A DNA stretch of 64,000 nucleotides from an uncultured Chloroflexia bacterium (GTDB taxonomy: Bacteria; Chloroflexota; Limnocylindria; Limnocylindrales; CSP1-4), in contig CAVWXU010000016.1 of assembly GCA_963759135.1 (NCBI GenBank), forward strand, positions 146,998 through 210,997, written 5' to 3'. Below, piece after piece: positions 9,821-19,292 of the stretch. A program made the translations under genes and the position numbers. The stretch's first letter is position 1. Each line of letters starts with the position of its first letter. The notes under the pieces are model-generated. The model was not told the origin of the DNA, searched no databases, and was given only the letters and a program-made list of their open reading frames with translations.

Positions 9821-10581
9821 CGCTCCCGGTGGTAGAGGCGGAACCCGTAGCGGAAGCGCGACCCGTCCACGCGGGTCAGGATCGCCTCTGCCTCGCGTTC
9901 ACCGAACTCCATCGCGAGCACCCGTCCGAGCGCCTTCCGGGAGGGAGCACGCCATTCGCTCATCACCGTGGTGCCGGTGAAGCCGTGTGACGCCCAGAAG
10001 GCGTCCAGCCGGTCCGCCAGCCCCGGCTCGTTGGCCGCGTAGCCGAACTCGCGCAGGTAGCCGGCGAAGTCGCCCTCCCGCAGGTCGCTGTCGACGACCA
10101 CGATGCGACCGCCCGGACGCACGATCCGCAGGGCCTCCGCGATGCCCGGTTCGCAGCTCCGCACGCGGTCGCTCTCGGGGCCGAAGAAGTAGGCGAACCG
10201 CGAGTGGAACAGGTCCACCGACGCGTCCGGGAGCGGAATCGCCTCGGCCCCGGCGGCCAGCACGCTGATTCGAGACCCGATCGCCTCGGGTTCGGCGGCG
10301 ATGCGGCGATGGAGCTGGATCAGCATGCGTGGCGCCGGCTCGACCGCGAAGACGTGCGCGGCACGTTGCGCGTAGCGGACGGCGTGGTATCCGCCGCCGG
10401 CCCCCACCTCCGCGACCACGCGGCCGTTCATCGGCAGGAGCCGGTCCATGAACGCCTCGATGAGCGCGTCGGGATCGGCGATCCGGTTCTCCAGCTCGTA
10501 GGTGACGGCGTCGTGTGCCCCCGGGTAGTCGTAGACGAACGTCTCCGTGGGCAGCGCCGTGATCGGCGGTGCCCCGCTCAT
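9817..10581 (-). CDS. class I SAM-dependent methyltransferase
   Basis: EVGAGGG motif I, AEAIPLPDASVD, RIVRPGG; ATGA overlap with the upstream prenyltransferase stop. Confidence 0.88.
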   Translation of the reverse strand: MSGAPPITALPTETFVYDYPGAHDAVTYELENRIADPDALIEAFMDRLLPMNGRVVAEVGAGGGYHAVRYAQRAAHVFAVEPAPRMLIQLHRRIAAEPEAIGSRISVLAAGAEAIPLPDASVDLFHSRFAYFFGPESDRVRSCEPGIAEALRIVRPGGRIVVVDSDLREGDFAGYLREFGYAANEPGLADRLDAFWASHGFTGTTVMSEWRAPSRKALGRVLAMEFGEREAEAILTRVDGSRFRYGFRLYHRER

Positions 10582-11495
10582 CGTCCGAACCGCCGGGCGC
10601 GCTGCTGGAACGTCCGGAGGGCGCGCAGGAAGTCGATCTCGCGGAACGCCGGCCAGTAGGCGTCGCAGAAGTAGAACTCGCTGTGCGCGCTCTGCCACGG
10701 CAGGAACCCGGACAGCCTGACTTCGCCGCTCGTCCGGATGATCAGCTCTGGATCGGGTCGCCCGGTCGTGTACAGGTGCCGGGCCAGCTGCTCGGCGTCG
10801 ATCCGGCCCGCGAGGTCCGTGGCGGGAACCCCCTCGGACACGAGTTCGCGCACCGTCTCGCGGCACGCGTCGACCAGCTCGTCGTGGCCGCTGTACGCGA
10901 CGGCGAAGGTCGCGAGCGGCCCCTGGCTCGTCGCGGTGGCCGCCTCGGCGGCCTCGATCGCCGCTCGCACGCGCTCAGGCAGCGCCTCGCGCCGTCCGAT
11001 CACCCGGACCCGCATGGGCGCGGGCCGTCCCTTTCGTCCGGCGAGGCCGGCGAGCCGCTCGGTGACCACGTCGAGCAGCGCGGCCAGCTCCTCCGGCGAG
11101 CGCTCGAGGTTCTCCACCGAGAGTGCCCACAGCGTGACCTCGTCGATCCCCAGGGCGCTGCACCAGCCGAGCACTTCGAGGATCTTGTCGGCTCCACGGC
11201 GGTGCCCGGCACCCGGATCGGCGAGTCCCTCACGCTGCGCCCAGCGGCGGTTGCCGTCCATGATGATCGCGACGTGACCCGGCCGCGGCCGGGACATGAC
11301 CTGCCCCCGCAGCCGGTGCGCGTACAGGCGGTACACGGGAGCAAGGGCGAGGACGCCGGCGTCGCGTCGTGTCGAACGGGCGACGGATCGCGTGGAGCGG
11401 CCGGCGGGTGGGGTCCGGCTGAGCCTCGCTCGGAGACGGGCCGCGCGAACGCCGAGCGGTCCAGGGATCTCGGCGGCGAGCCTGGACAGGTCCAT
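10578..11495 (-). CDS. uppS: cis-isoprenyl diphosphate synthase (UppS family)
   Basis: HVAIIMDGNRRWA, SVEN, IRTSGEVRLSGFLPWQ; probable leaderless start (TATGAT + 6 nt + ATG 11495); may be a short-chain paralog. Confidence 0.85.
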   Translation of the reverse strand: MDLSRLAAEIPGPLGVRAARLRARLSRTPPAGRSTRSVARSTRRDAGVLALAPVYRLYAHRLRGQVMSRPRPGHVAIIMDGNRRWAQREGLADPGAGHRRGADKILEVLGWCSALGIDEVTLWALSVENLERSPEELAALLDVVTERLAGLAGRKGRPAPMRVRVIGRREALPERVRAAIEAAEAATATSQGPLATFAVAYSGHDELVDACRETVRELVSEGVPATDLAGRIDAEQLARHLYTTGRPDPELIIRTSGEVRLSGFLPWQSAHSEFYFCDAYWPAFREIDFLRALRTFQQRARRFGR

Positions 11496-11639
11496 CAGGG
11501 CATCATACCGGTCCGCAGGCCCGGCAGCGTCCGGCCGGCGGGGTCCGACGGCCGGGCGCGCCGCAAGGAGCATGAGCCTACGCGTGCCGCCGACCCGGCG
11601 CGTGTCGATCCGCGGCGCCGTGCAGAGGGCGATTCGCGG

Positions 11640-12107
11640 TTACGCCAGGGCGCGCACGTAGCGGTCGCGATGGACCCACACCCAGAGGGCGATGACGAAC
11701 CGCGCCACGAGCGAGAGTCCGTACGTGGCGCACCAGACGCAGATGGCCCCGAGGACGGCGATCTGGATGTAGGTAAATCGGATCTCGAAGATCACGCCCA
11801 CGAGCGACAGGGCATAGTGCGCGAGCAGCAGCTGGACGCCACCGCGGCGCCACCACGCCAGCGCGAGGACCAGCAGCGTCAGGGACAGCCCCACACCGAA
11901 GACGGCGACCGGCACCCCGAACAACCGCGAGTACGGCAATTCCGCGACCTGCTCGCAGCCACGCAGCACCCCGCAGTACGGAACGCCGTTGCCCAACTCG
12001 ACGACTGACAGGTACAGGGCGACCACAAGCCCGATCGTGTCGAGCGTTGCCAGTACCAGGGCGGGGTGAGTCCGGCGCAGGGTCCGGTAGAACGAACGCA
12101 GTCGCAT
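11640..12107 (-). CDS. vitamin K epoxide reductase (VKOR) family protein
   Basis: Loop Cys pair C..C (YCGVLRGC), YSRLFGVP, CVWC redox motif, 4 TM segments. Confidence 0.88.
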   Translation of the reverse strand: MRLRSFYRTLRRTHPALVLATLDTIGLVVALYLSVVELGNGVPYCGVLRGCEQVAELPYSRLFGVPVAVFGVGLSLTLLVLALAWWRRGGVQLLLAHYALSLVGVIFEIRFTYIQIAVLGAICVWCATYGLSLVARFVIALWVWVHRDRYVRALA

Positions 12108-12416
12108 TGAATGTCCTCGCACATGGCGGCGCAGGGCCGCGCCACGAAGCGTCCCCACGAACGATGGCGCCGTCAACGGACAGTGCGGAGCCTTGCGACC
12201 CTGCCGAAACTCCCGTCTGCCGCCACCGTGTGCCGCTGCCCCGCCTGGCTGGTCGACCGAGGCCAGGGTACTCGACAACCGGCGGGAGAATCGAGGGAGT
12301 CGACAACCGGCGTGAGAGACGGGGGACGGCGAGACCCGTAGGCTGCACGTCGACGGGGCGTCCGCGACGTCCGAATCAACGGACGACGAGCGAACGACGA
12401 CGACGAGGAGGTTCGC

Positions 12417-13122
12417 ATGGGCTACAACGCGGAGGTCATCGCCACCCTGGCTGGCGTGTCGACGGCGACGATCACCACGATCCTGCTGCGCCACGGCCTT
12501 CGGAACGCGTGGATCCGGGATTCCCGCCCGCTGCGGCCAGGAGCCGGCCGGATCGTGGGGCCGGCGTTCACCCTGCGGTTCGTCCCGGCCCGGGAGGACC
12601 TGGCGACCCCCGAGTCGTGGTCGTCGCCGACCTCGACGCGCGCCGCCATCGAGGCGATGCCGGCCGGGTGCATCGCGGTCGTCGATGCGGCGGGCATCCG
12701 CGACGCCGGGATCTTCGGCGACATCCTGTGCGCCAGGATGGTGCGGCGCAGCGTCGTCCGCCCTGGTCACCGATGGAGCCATTCGCGACGGGACTGGCGT
12801 GCTGGCGACGGGTCTGCCGGTGTGGTGCGCGGGCGTGGCCGCCCCGCCCTCGGTTGCCGGTCTCACCTTCGTGGGGTGGCAGGAGCCGATCGGGTGTGGC
12901 GGTGTCGCGGTGCTCCCCGGCGACCTGGTTGTGGTCGACGACGACGGTGCCGTGGTCGTCCCGGCGGCGCTGGCGGCGGAAGTGGCGGCCCTCGGGCCGG
13001 AAGAGGAGCGGTTCGAGGCCTGGGTCATGCGCGAGGTGGGCGCGGGAAGGAAGCTGCCGGGCCTTTACCCGCCGGACGAGGAGACGCGGGCACGGTACGC
13101 GGCCGACACGGGCACCCGCTGA
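12417..13122 (+). CDS. RraA/HMG-aldolase family protein; frameshift near 12760
   Basis: VSTATIT, GPAFTLRF, AGIFGDIL, VTDGAIRD, PGDLVVVDDDG; GAGGAGG RBS. Confidence 0.85.
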
Positions 13123-13139
13123 GCGATCCGGGGGAAGAA

Positions 13140-13215
13140 TGGTGGAGATGAGGGGACTCGAACCCCTGACCCCCGCGATGCGAACGCGGTGCTCTTCCAG
13201 CTGAGCTACATCCCC
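13140..13215 (-). tRNA. tRNA-Ala (anticodon CGC)
   Basis: GGGGATGTAGCTCAG...TTCGCAT loop...GTTCGAGTCCC...CCACCA; G3:U70 pair; encoded CCA; TGcTACACT extended -10 upstream. Confidence 0.97.
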
Positions 13216-13316
13216 ACCCGAACAGGCCAAAGGCCCGAGCCCGTACGGGCGGTTGGGAGTGTAGCAGGTCAACTGCGGGGGGTATCGTTGCGGTACCGCA
13301 CCCCGACGAGGAACGC

Positions 13317-14036
13317 ATGGAAACCACGATCTCCCCCGGCTTGAGCCTGCTTCCGGTCGAGCGCGCCACGGCGCTCATCGCACGCCTCGGGTTCGTGCTT
13401 GTACACGACCAGCGTGCCGGCGACGCAGCGATGCCATCCGGGTCGCACCTCGTGATCGCCCTGCGCGACCAGCCGACCCTGACGCACTTCGACCCCGAAC
13501 GGGTGACCTGGTTCGTCACATCGGGAGGGAAGGGGCAGGCCGTCGAGTTCCACCGCTCGCGGGCGCTGATCGACCGCATGGACATCGCGTGGGGGCACGT
13601 CCACCTCTTCGACCGGCTCGAGGTGCAGAACGCGTTCCTGACGTTCGGCGGCGTGGTGCGGACGGCGCAGACCGATCCGCGGACGACGCTCGTCCTGATC
13701 AATTCGCCGGTGTCGATGCTGCGCTGGACCGGGCACAGCCAGGACGTCGATCTCGTGGCGCCGGAAGTCGCGGCGTTCTTCGCGCGGCTCCTGGTCCCCA
13801 TCGACTTCACGCCCGGGGCTGAGGCACGGATTTCGGCCCTCTCCCCGATGGCGCTGTACGGGGCCTTTGTCGCCGACCTTCGCGGGCGCTACCAGGCGTC
13901 GCGCGTGCTGCGCCAGGCGCATCCGCAGCTCGACCAGTGGCTGGCGCACGAGGCGCACCGGCTGGAGTCGGCCTGGGCGGACGACTGGGAGGCGGGGCGC
14001 CGGATGCTGTCGGACCTGTCGCTGACGGCGTTCTGA
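13317..14036 (+). CDS. hypothetical protein
   Basis: 239-aa ORF, GAGGA RBS, strong GC3 bias; no family recognised. Confidence 0.75.
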   Translation: METTISPGLSLLPVERATALIARLGFVLVHDQRAGDAAMPSGSHLVIALRDQPTLTHFDPERVTWFVTSGGKGQAVEFHRSRALIDRMDIAWGHVHLFDRLEVQNAFLTFGGVVRTAQTDPRTTLVLINSPVSMLRWTGHSQDVDLVAPEVAAFFARLLVPIDFTPGAEARISALSPMALYGAFVADLRGRYQASRVLRQAHPQLDQWLAHEAHRLESAWADDWEAGRRMLSDLSLTAF

Positions 14037-14119
14037 CGGGCGCGCCGGCGGGAGGCGCGGACGCAGGTCGTCCCTGTTCGCAGGCCGTCCCGTCCCGTTC
14101 ACACGGGCCGCCCCGGCCA

Positions 14120-14147
14120 TTGACAAATAGAACACACGTTCTATCAT
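14120..14147 (+). promoter_or_regulatory. sigma70-type promoter with overlapping LexA box (GAAC-N4-GTTC)
   Basis: TTGACA 14120-14125, TATCAT 14142-14147; palindrome ATAGAAC-ACAC-GTTCTAT 14127-14144. Confidence 0.9.
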
Positions 14148-14157
14148 AGGTCGGGCG

Positions 14158-15333
14158 ATGAACCGCCCGATCTCCCTCATAGACCCTCCCGGTGGCTGCT
14201 CCCGGCAGCCGCTTGAACCGCTGACCACGGCCCTGGCGCGGCTCGAGGCGCGCTGGGGAAGTGCCGCGGTCCGGCTGGGCAACGGTGACGCCGCCGCTGC
14301 CGGACCCCCTTCGTCCTCCATCGGATCCGTGTCGTTCCCCGTCGAGGGCGCGCTGGCGCCGCTGCCCCATCTCGCCCCTCCGTCCCCCGGTCCGCTGGTC
14401 CCGCTTGACGATCGCGTCGTCCCCACCGGCTTCCCCGCCCTCGATGCGATCCTGGGACCGGGTGGGCTCGTCCGGGAGGCGCAGGTGACGCTCCGGGGGG
14501 AGCAGTCGTGCGGCAAGACCACGCTCGCCCTGCGGCTGGTCGCCGAGGCACAGGCACGCGGCGCGATCGCGGCATGGCTCGATCTCGGCCGGGCGTTCGA
14601 TCCGCTGGAGGCCGCGGCACGCGGCGTGGACCTGGCCTGGCTCCTGGTGCTGCGCGCCCCCGACACGACCGAGGGCCTCCGGCTCGCCGGCGCCCTGCTC
14701 GGTGGGCGATCCGTCGAGGTCCTCGTGGCCGACCTTCCCGAGCGGATGCCGGTGGACCGGGAAGCGCTCCTCCGCCGGCTGGCCGCCCGGGCCAGGCAAG
14801 TCGGTGCCCGGCTCGTGACGCTCGAGCCGGCGGGCCTCGCGTCCCCCCTGCGGGGTGCGCTCGCCGAATCCGCCGGGGTCGGGCTGGACCTGCAGCGCCT
14901 GGCATGGATCCGCGCCGGCCGGGACGTGGTCGGTCAGCGGACGGAGGTCATGGTGGAGAAGAACCGGTTCGGGCCGCCGGGACGCCGGGTCGAACTGGAG
15001 ATCCGGTACGTCGATGAGGGTGACCGGGAGCGCGGGGTCGAACGGATCCTCGACATCCCATCGCCGCCGCCGAGGTCGGCATCTCCGCCCGTACCGTCGA
15101 TCGCCCACTTGCCGGAGACCATCATCGCCGTTTCGACCCATGCGACTTCTCCATCTCGGCTGGCCCCATCTGCCCCTCCGACTCGAGCGCGCGGTGCACC
15201 CGCTTCCCGAGCTGGCCGTCCTGGGCGGCCACCCCTGGGATCCTGGCCGGGTGCTCGACTGCAGCCCCGCGGCTCGTCGGCACGGGGTGCGTCGCGGGAT
15301 GACGCTCGCGGCGGCTCACGCGCTCGCTCCTGA
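14158..15333 (+). CDS. imuA: ImuA/RecA-like protein of the SOS mutagenesis cassette
   Basis: PTGFPALDAILG.GG, Walker A GEQSCGKTT, FDP...GVDL, KNRFGPP; the 3' tail overlapping imuB may be spurious. Confidence 0.8.
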   Translation: MNRPISLIDPPGGCSRQPLEPLTTALARLEARWGSAAVRLGNGDAAAAGPPSSSIGSVSFPVEGALAPLPHLAPPSPGPLVPLDDRVVPTGFPALDAILGPGGLVREAQVTLRGEQSCGKTTLALRLVAEAQARGAIAAWLDLGRAFDPLEAAARGVDLAWLLVLRAPDTTEGLRLAGALLGGRSVEVLVADLPERMPVDREALLRRLAARARQVGARLVTLEPAGLASPLRGALAESAGVGLDLQRLAWIRAGRDVVGQRTEVMVEKNRFGPPGRRVELEIRYVDEGDRERGVERILDIPSPPPRSASPPVPSIAHLPETIIAVSTHATSPSRLAPSAPPTRARGAPASRAGRPGRPPLGSWPGARLQPRGSSARGASRDDARGGSRARS

Positions 15334-16465
15334 CGCCGCATTTCTCGTTCCGGACCTGGACCGGTACCGCGCGGCCGCCGAGGCCACGCTCGACGCGCTT
15401 GCCGTGTTCGCGCCGTACGTCGAGGGCGAGACAGATCCGGCGAAGGACGGGTTCGGGGGCGCGTACCTCGGGATCGATGGGCTCGAGCGGTTGTGGGGCA
15501 CGGAGCCCGTCCTGCTCGCCCGCGTCGCCGCCGCGGTCGCGCCCCACGCCCCCGGGCCGCTCCGCGCGGGGATCGCCGGTTCCCGCTTCGGATCCCTTGT
15601 CGCGGCCGTCGTCGCGCGCGACCGGTTGCCCGGGACGGATGTGACCTGGCTCGCCGCGGCCGCCGGTGGCCCCGGATCGGAGGCCGCGTTCCTGGCGCCG
15701 CTTCCCGTGACGCTCCTGCCCGCTTCTTCCGAGACGCAGGAGCGGCTGCGCGCGCTCGGGGTACGCCGGATCGGCGATTTCGCGGCGCTCCCGCGTGCCG
15801 CGGTGACGGCGCGGTTCGGAGCCGAGGGAGACTTCCTGCACGATCTCGCGAGCGGGTGCGACGGACGGAAGATCGTGCCGCGCCGCCCGGCGGAGCGGTT
15901 GCGGGCCGAGGCGGAGCTGGATCCGCCCGTCGAGTCGCTCGAATCCGTCCGCTTCGTGCTGCACCGGCTGGCGGACGCCCTGTGCGGGCAACTGGCGGCA
16001 AGGGGCGCAGGAGCGACGCTCGCCCGGCTCGAATGTCACGAGGTGGCCGTCGCCCGGGCGACACCTCCCGCTCCCGAGGTGGCACACGCCCCCCATGCGC
16101 ACGGCGGCGTGGGACGCCTCGAGGGGCAGGGCGTCCTGCTCGTGGAGCAGCCGCTTCCCGGGCCGATCGCGCAGGCCGAGGCCGTCGAGCGGCTCCTCCT
16201 CGCGCGTCTGGAGACCGCCCCTCCCCGGCGACCCATCGAGCGGCTTGCCCTCGAGCTCGACCGCGTGGTCCCTGCCGCCGGCCGTCAGCTCGGGCTGTTC
16301 GCACCACAGGCGGCCCGTGCCGCACGGCTCGAGTGGCAGCTGGCGGACCTCTCGATCCGGTACGGCGAAGGGCGTGTGCTGCGGGCGGCGCTGCGTGACC
16401 CGGAGGCTCGCCTGCCCGAGGATCGGGCCGGGTGGTCCGAGGCCGCGCTGCGGGCGAAGCCGTGA
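15140..16465 (+). CDS. imuB: inactive Y-family polymerase-like protein ImuB
   Basis: CSPAARRHGVRRGMTLAAA, LPVTLL, LGVRRIGDFAALP, clamp-like QLGLF motif; no catalytic acidic residues evident. Confidence 0.85.
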   Translation: MRLLHLGWPHLPLRLERAVHPLPELAVLGGHPWDPGRVLDCSPAARRHGVRRGMTLAAAHALAPDAAFLVPDLDRYRAAAEATLDALAVFAPYVEGETDPAKDGFGGAYLGIDGLERLWGTEPVLLARVAAAVAPHAPGPLRAGIAGSRFGSLVAAVVARDRLPGTDVTWLAAAAGGPGSEAAFLAPLPVTLLPASSETQERLRALGVRRIGDFAALPRAAVTARFGAEGDFLHDLASGCDGRKIVPRRPAERLRAEAELDPPVESLESVRFVLHRLADALCGQLAARGAGATLARLECHEVAVARATPPAPEVAHAPHAHGGVGRLEGQGVLLVEQPLPGPIAQAEAVERLLLARLETAPPRRPIERLALELDRVVPAAGRQLGLFAPQAARAARLEWQLADLSIRYGEGRVLRAALRDPEARLPEDRAGWSEAALRAKP

Positions 16466-16710
16466 CCAGGCTGCTCGAGGAGCACCCCACGATCGCCGTG
16501 GATCTCGATGCCGACGGTCGTCCGGTCGCCTTCGCCTGGAACGGGCGCCTCGAGCGGATCGAGGTCTGCAACCGCTGGCGGGTCGAGGAATCCTGGTGGC
16601 GTCGGCCGATCCGGCGCGACTACTACAAGGTGGTGGGGCCGAGGCTCCTCGCGCTGGTCTACCGCGACGGCGTCGACGGGAGCTGGCACCTCGAGCGGCT
16701 GTACGACTGA
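16462..16710 (+). CDS. small DUF6504-like protein associated with imuB/dnaE2
   Basis: GTGA overlap with imuB; GRP.AF.W.GR, RW....WW....RDYY, W.LERLYD pattern. Confidence 0.75.
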   Translation: MTRLLEEHPTIAVDLDADGRPVAFAWNGRLERIEVCNRWRVEESWWRRPIRRDYYKVVGPRLLALVYRDGVDGSWHLERLYD

Positions 16711-17125
16711 CGGGCCCGGTGACGCGCCTTCGGGACGGGCTGGTGACGCGCCCTTGGGACGGGCCGGACGCGACCTCGACTTCGGCCGGACGCGACTCGA
16801 CCCCGGCCGTGGCCGGGGTCGAGATCGAGCGCCGCTTCCGAGCCGGGGAGGAGGAGTACCCGGACCGCCACGGCCGCACCAGTGGGGAGATGGTGGTACC
16901 CAGATGACGAAGGGGCTCGCGCCCGTGTGACGGCCGCCGGCGGATTCCGTGGGGCGATTTCGCACGAACCTGCGCTCGCGCGCCATGGGCCGCGTCGCGA
17001 CCCCACCAGGGGCGTCGGCTCGCCCGGCGGGACCCGTACCGGGCCGCGGTCGACATGGGAACTGCCGGCCGTCCACCCGACGACCACCGGCGCGGTTCCT
17101 GTCGGCGCCACCGGGCGTCGACAAC

Positions 17126-17233
17126 TCAGGGATGGGCCGGCGGCAGGGCAGCGGCCACGAACACCACGAGCAGGGCGACAAGCAGGAGGACGAAGATCGC
17201 GATGCCCACAAGATCGCGCGTGGTCGGTCGCAT
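17126..17233 (-). CDS. small single-TM protein (35 aa)
   Basis: MRPTTRDLVGIAIFVLLLVALLVVFVAAALPPAHP; TATGCT + 6 nt before the ATG. Confidence 0.45.
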   Translation of the reverse strand: MRPTTRDLVGIAIFVLLLVALLVVFVAAALPPAHP

Positions 17234-17254
17234 CCCCGGAGCATACCGCGAGAC

Positions 17255-17350
17255 GTCGCCGCCAGAAGACGAGTCGCCGCCGAACGCCAACGGGGCGCAG
17301 GTCGCCGCCCGAAAAGGGTCGCCGCCCGGAAGCGGGTCGCCCCGTAGAAT
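17255..17350. repeat. imperfect ~18-bp tandem array (GTCGCCGCC core x4-5) ending at a TAGAAT -10 hexamer
   Basis: Read directly. Confidence 0.65.
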
Positions 17351-17472
17351 GGCTCCCGCGTTCCGACGGCAGGCCGTTTGCGCGTCCTCTTCGCCCGCGC
17401 GACGCGCCCCGCATCCCGGGTCAGCACGGCCACGTCGGCAGCCGGGTAGCCCGTTCACCAGGAGGAGCGCGC

Positions 17473-18406
17473 GTGACGGAATGCGCGATACGGACCGACG
17501 GCCTGACGCGCGACTTCGGGACGCTGCGCGCCGTCGACAACGTGTCGCTCGAAGTGCCCGCCGGGGCGATCTTCGGGTTCCTGGGGCCCAACGGCTCGGG
17601 CAAGACGACCACGATCCGCCTGCTGCTGGGCCTGCTCGAGCCCACGCGCGGCACGGCCACGGTCCTCGGCCACGACGCGGGGTCCGAGGCGGACGCGATC
17701 CGGGAGCGGTGCGGCGCCCTGCTCGAGCACTCGGGCCTCTACGAGCGCATGACCGCGCAGGACAACCTCGAGTTCTACGCTCGCGTCTGGCACCTGTCGC
17801 CGGCCGAACGCCGTGGGCGGGTCCGCGAGCTGCTCTCCGGCCTGGGGCTGTGGGATCGACGGCACGAGATCGTGGGCGCGTGGAGCCGCGGCATGAAGCA
17901 GAAGCTCGCCGTCGCGCGCGCGTTGCTCCACCGTCCCGACCTCGTCTTCCTCGACGAGCCGACTGCGGGACTCGACCCGATCGCGGCGGTCGCCCTGCGC
18001 GACGATCTGACGCGGCCTGGCGCGGCGCGAGGGCGTCACCGTCTTCCTCACGACCCACAACCTCAGCGAGGCGGAGAAGCTCTGCGACCAGGTGGCGGTG
18101 ATCCGCACCGGGCGCCTGCTGGCGGTGGGTCGCCCGGACGAACTGCGAGGGCGCGCACGACGCGACCGGATGGAAGTCACGGGCCGTGGGCTCGACGCCA
18201 GGGTGGCCGCCCTGCTGGCAACCGAACCTGCCGTCGAGTCGGCAGAGCTCCGCGATGACCGGCTGACGCTGCGGCTCCGCGACGGGCACGACACGGCGCC
18301 ACTCGTGGCGCTCCTGGTCCGCGAGGGCGTCGCGGTCGACGAGGTGCGCAAGGGTGGGGCCGACCTCGAGGAAGCCTTCATGGCGCTCGTGGGGAACGAC
18401 GGATGA
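17473..18406 (+). CDS. ABC-2 type exporter ATP-binding subunit; frameshift near 18018
   Basis: GPNGSGKTT, WSRGMKQK, FLDEPTAGLD, TTH; GGAGGA RBS. Confidence 0.9.
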
Positions 18407-18467
18407 TCGCGGGCGCCGACGCGTGATCGGCGACGGCGACGACGCGTGATCGGCGAGGCGGCGACGG

Positions 18468-19205
18468 ATGATCGGCGACATCCTGACGATCGCCTGGAAG
18501 GACCTGCGCGAGGTGCTGCTGCAGTCCGGCACCCTCCGCCGGTCGCTCCGAGGGCTGCTCTTCTCGTTCCTGATCTTCGGCGTGTTCCTCCCGCTGCAGA
18601 TCGGCCCGGACCTGGTGCGCCAGCCGGCGGCGATCCTGCCGTTCGCCTGGGTGCCGCTGCTGCTCGCCAGCGGCATGGTCGCCGACGGGATCGCCGGTGA
18701 ACGGGAGCGCCACACGCTGGAGACGCTGCTCGCGAGCCGGCTCTCCGATCGGTCGATCCTGCTGGGCAAGGTGGTGGCCGCGATCGCCTACGGCTGGGGC
18801 TTCATGCTTGTCAGCGCGGCGGTCGGCCTCGTCACGGTCAACGTCGTGAACGCGGGCCACGGCCTGCTCATGTACGAGCCGGGGGCGCTCGCGGTTCTGG
18901 GGGTGTTCGGCCTGCTGGGCGCAGGGCTCGTCGCGTGCGGCGGCGCGCTCGTGGCGCTGCGGGCGCCCACCGTCCGGCAGGCCGCACAGAACATGAACCT
19001 GGCGATCTTCGCGGTGGTGCTGATCCCGATCCTCGGGCTGCAGGTGCTGCCGGTGGACGTACGGCGCCAGGTGTTCACGACGCTGAGCGGGCTCGACTGG
19101 CTGACGATCGGGGTGGGGGCGGCGGCGATCCTTGCGGCGGCCGACCTGCTCCTGCTCGCGGCCACCATGGCGCGGTTCCAGCGGGCGCGGCTGATCCTGG
19201 ACTGA
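18468..19205 (+). CDS. ABC-2 type exporter permease
   Basis: IAWKDLRE, DGIAGERERHTLETLLAS, ILLGK, 6 TM segments. Confidence 0.9.
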   Translation: MIGDILTIAWKDLREVLLQSGTLRRSLRGLLFSFLIFGVFLPLQIGPDLVRQPAAILPFAWVPLLLASGMVADGIAGERERHTLETLLASRLSDRSILLGKVVAAIAYGWGFMLVSAAVGLVTVNVVNAGHGLLMYEPGALAVLGVFGLLGAGLVACGGALVALRAPTVRQAAQNMNLAIFAVVLIPILGLQVLPVDVRRQVFTTLSGLDWLTIGVGAAAILAAADLLLLAATMARFQRARLILD

Positions 19206-19240
19206 TCGCCCGCGGCGGTCCGTCGACCTGCCCGTGGCAT

Positions 19241-19271
19241 TTGCCAGTATAGAACGTCCGTTCTATACTGG
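19241..19271 (+). promoter_or_regulatory. promoter with LexA box inside a 28-bp palindrome upstream of dnaE2
   Basis: TTGCCA-17 nt-TATACT; CCAGTATAGAAC-GTCC-GTTCTATACTGG 19244-19271. Confidence 0.9.
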
Positions 19272-19292
19272 GCCGCCGTTCGAAGGACAGGC

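Noticed and set aside
12181-12240. c-di-GMP-I riboswitch-like words (GGCAGAC...CGCAAGGC) upstream of VKOR on the minus strand
   Set aside because: The intervening stem and GNRA loop cannot be formed
13140-13215. tRNA-Ala as an island integration site
   Set aside because: No integrase and no duplicated tRNA 3' end seen in the window
14158-15333. Housekeeping recA
   Set aside because: Divergent, lacks the conserved RecA Walker B and loop motifs, and lies in the imuB operon, so ImuA-like fits better
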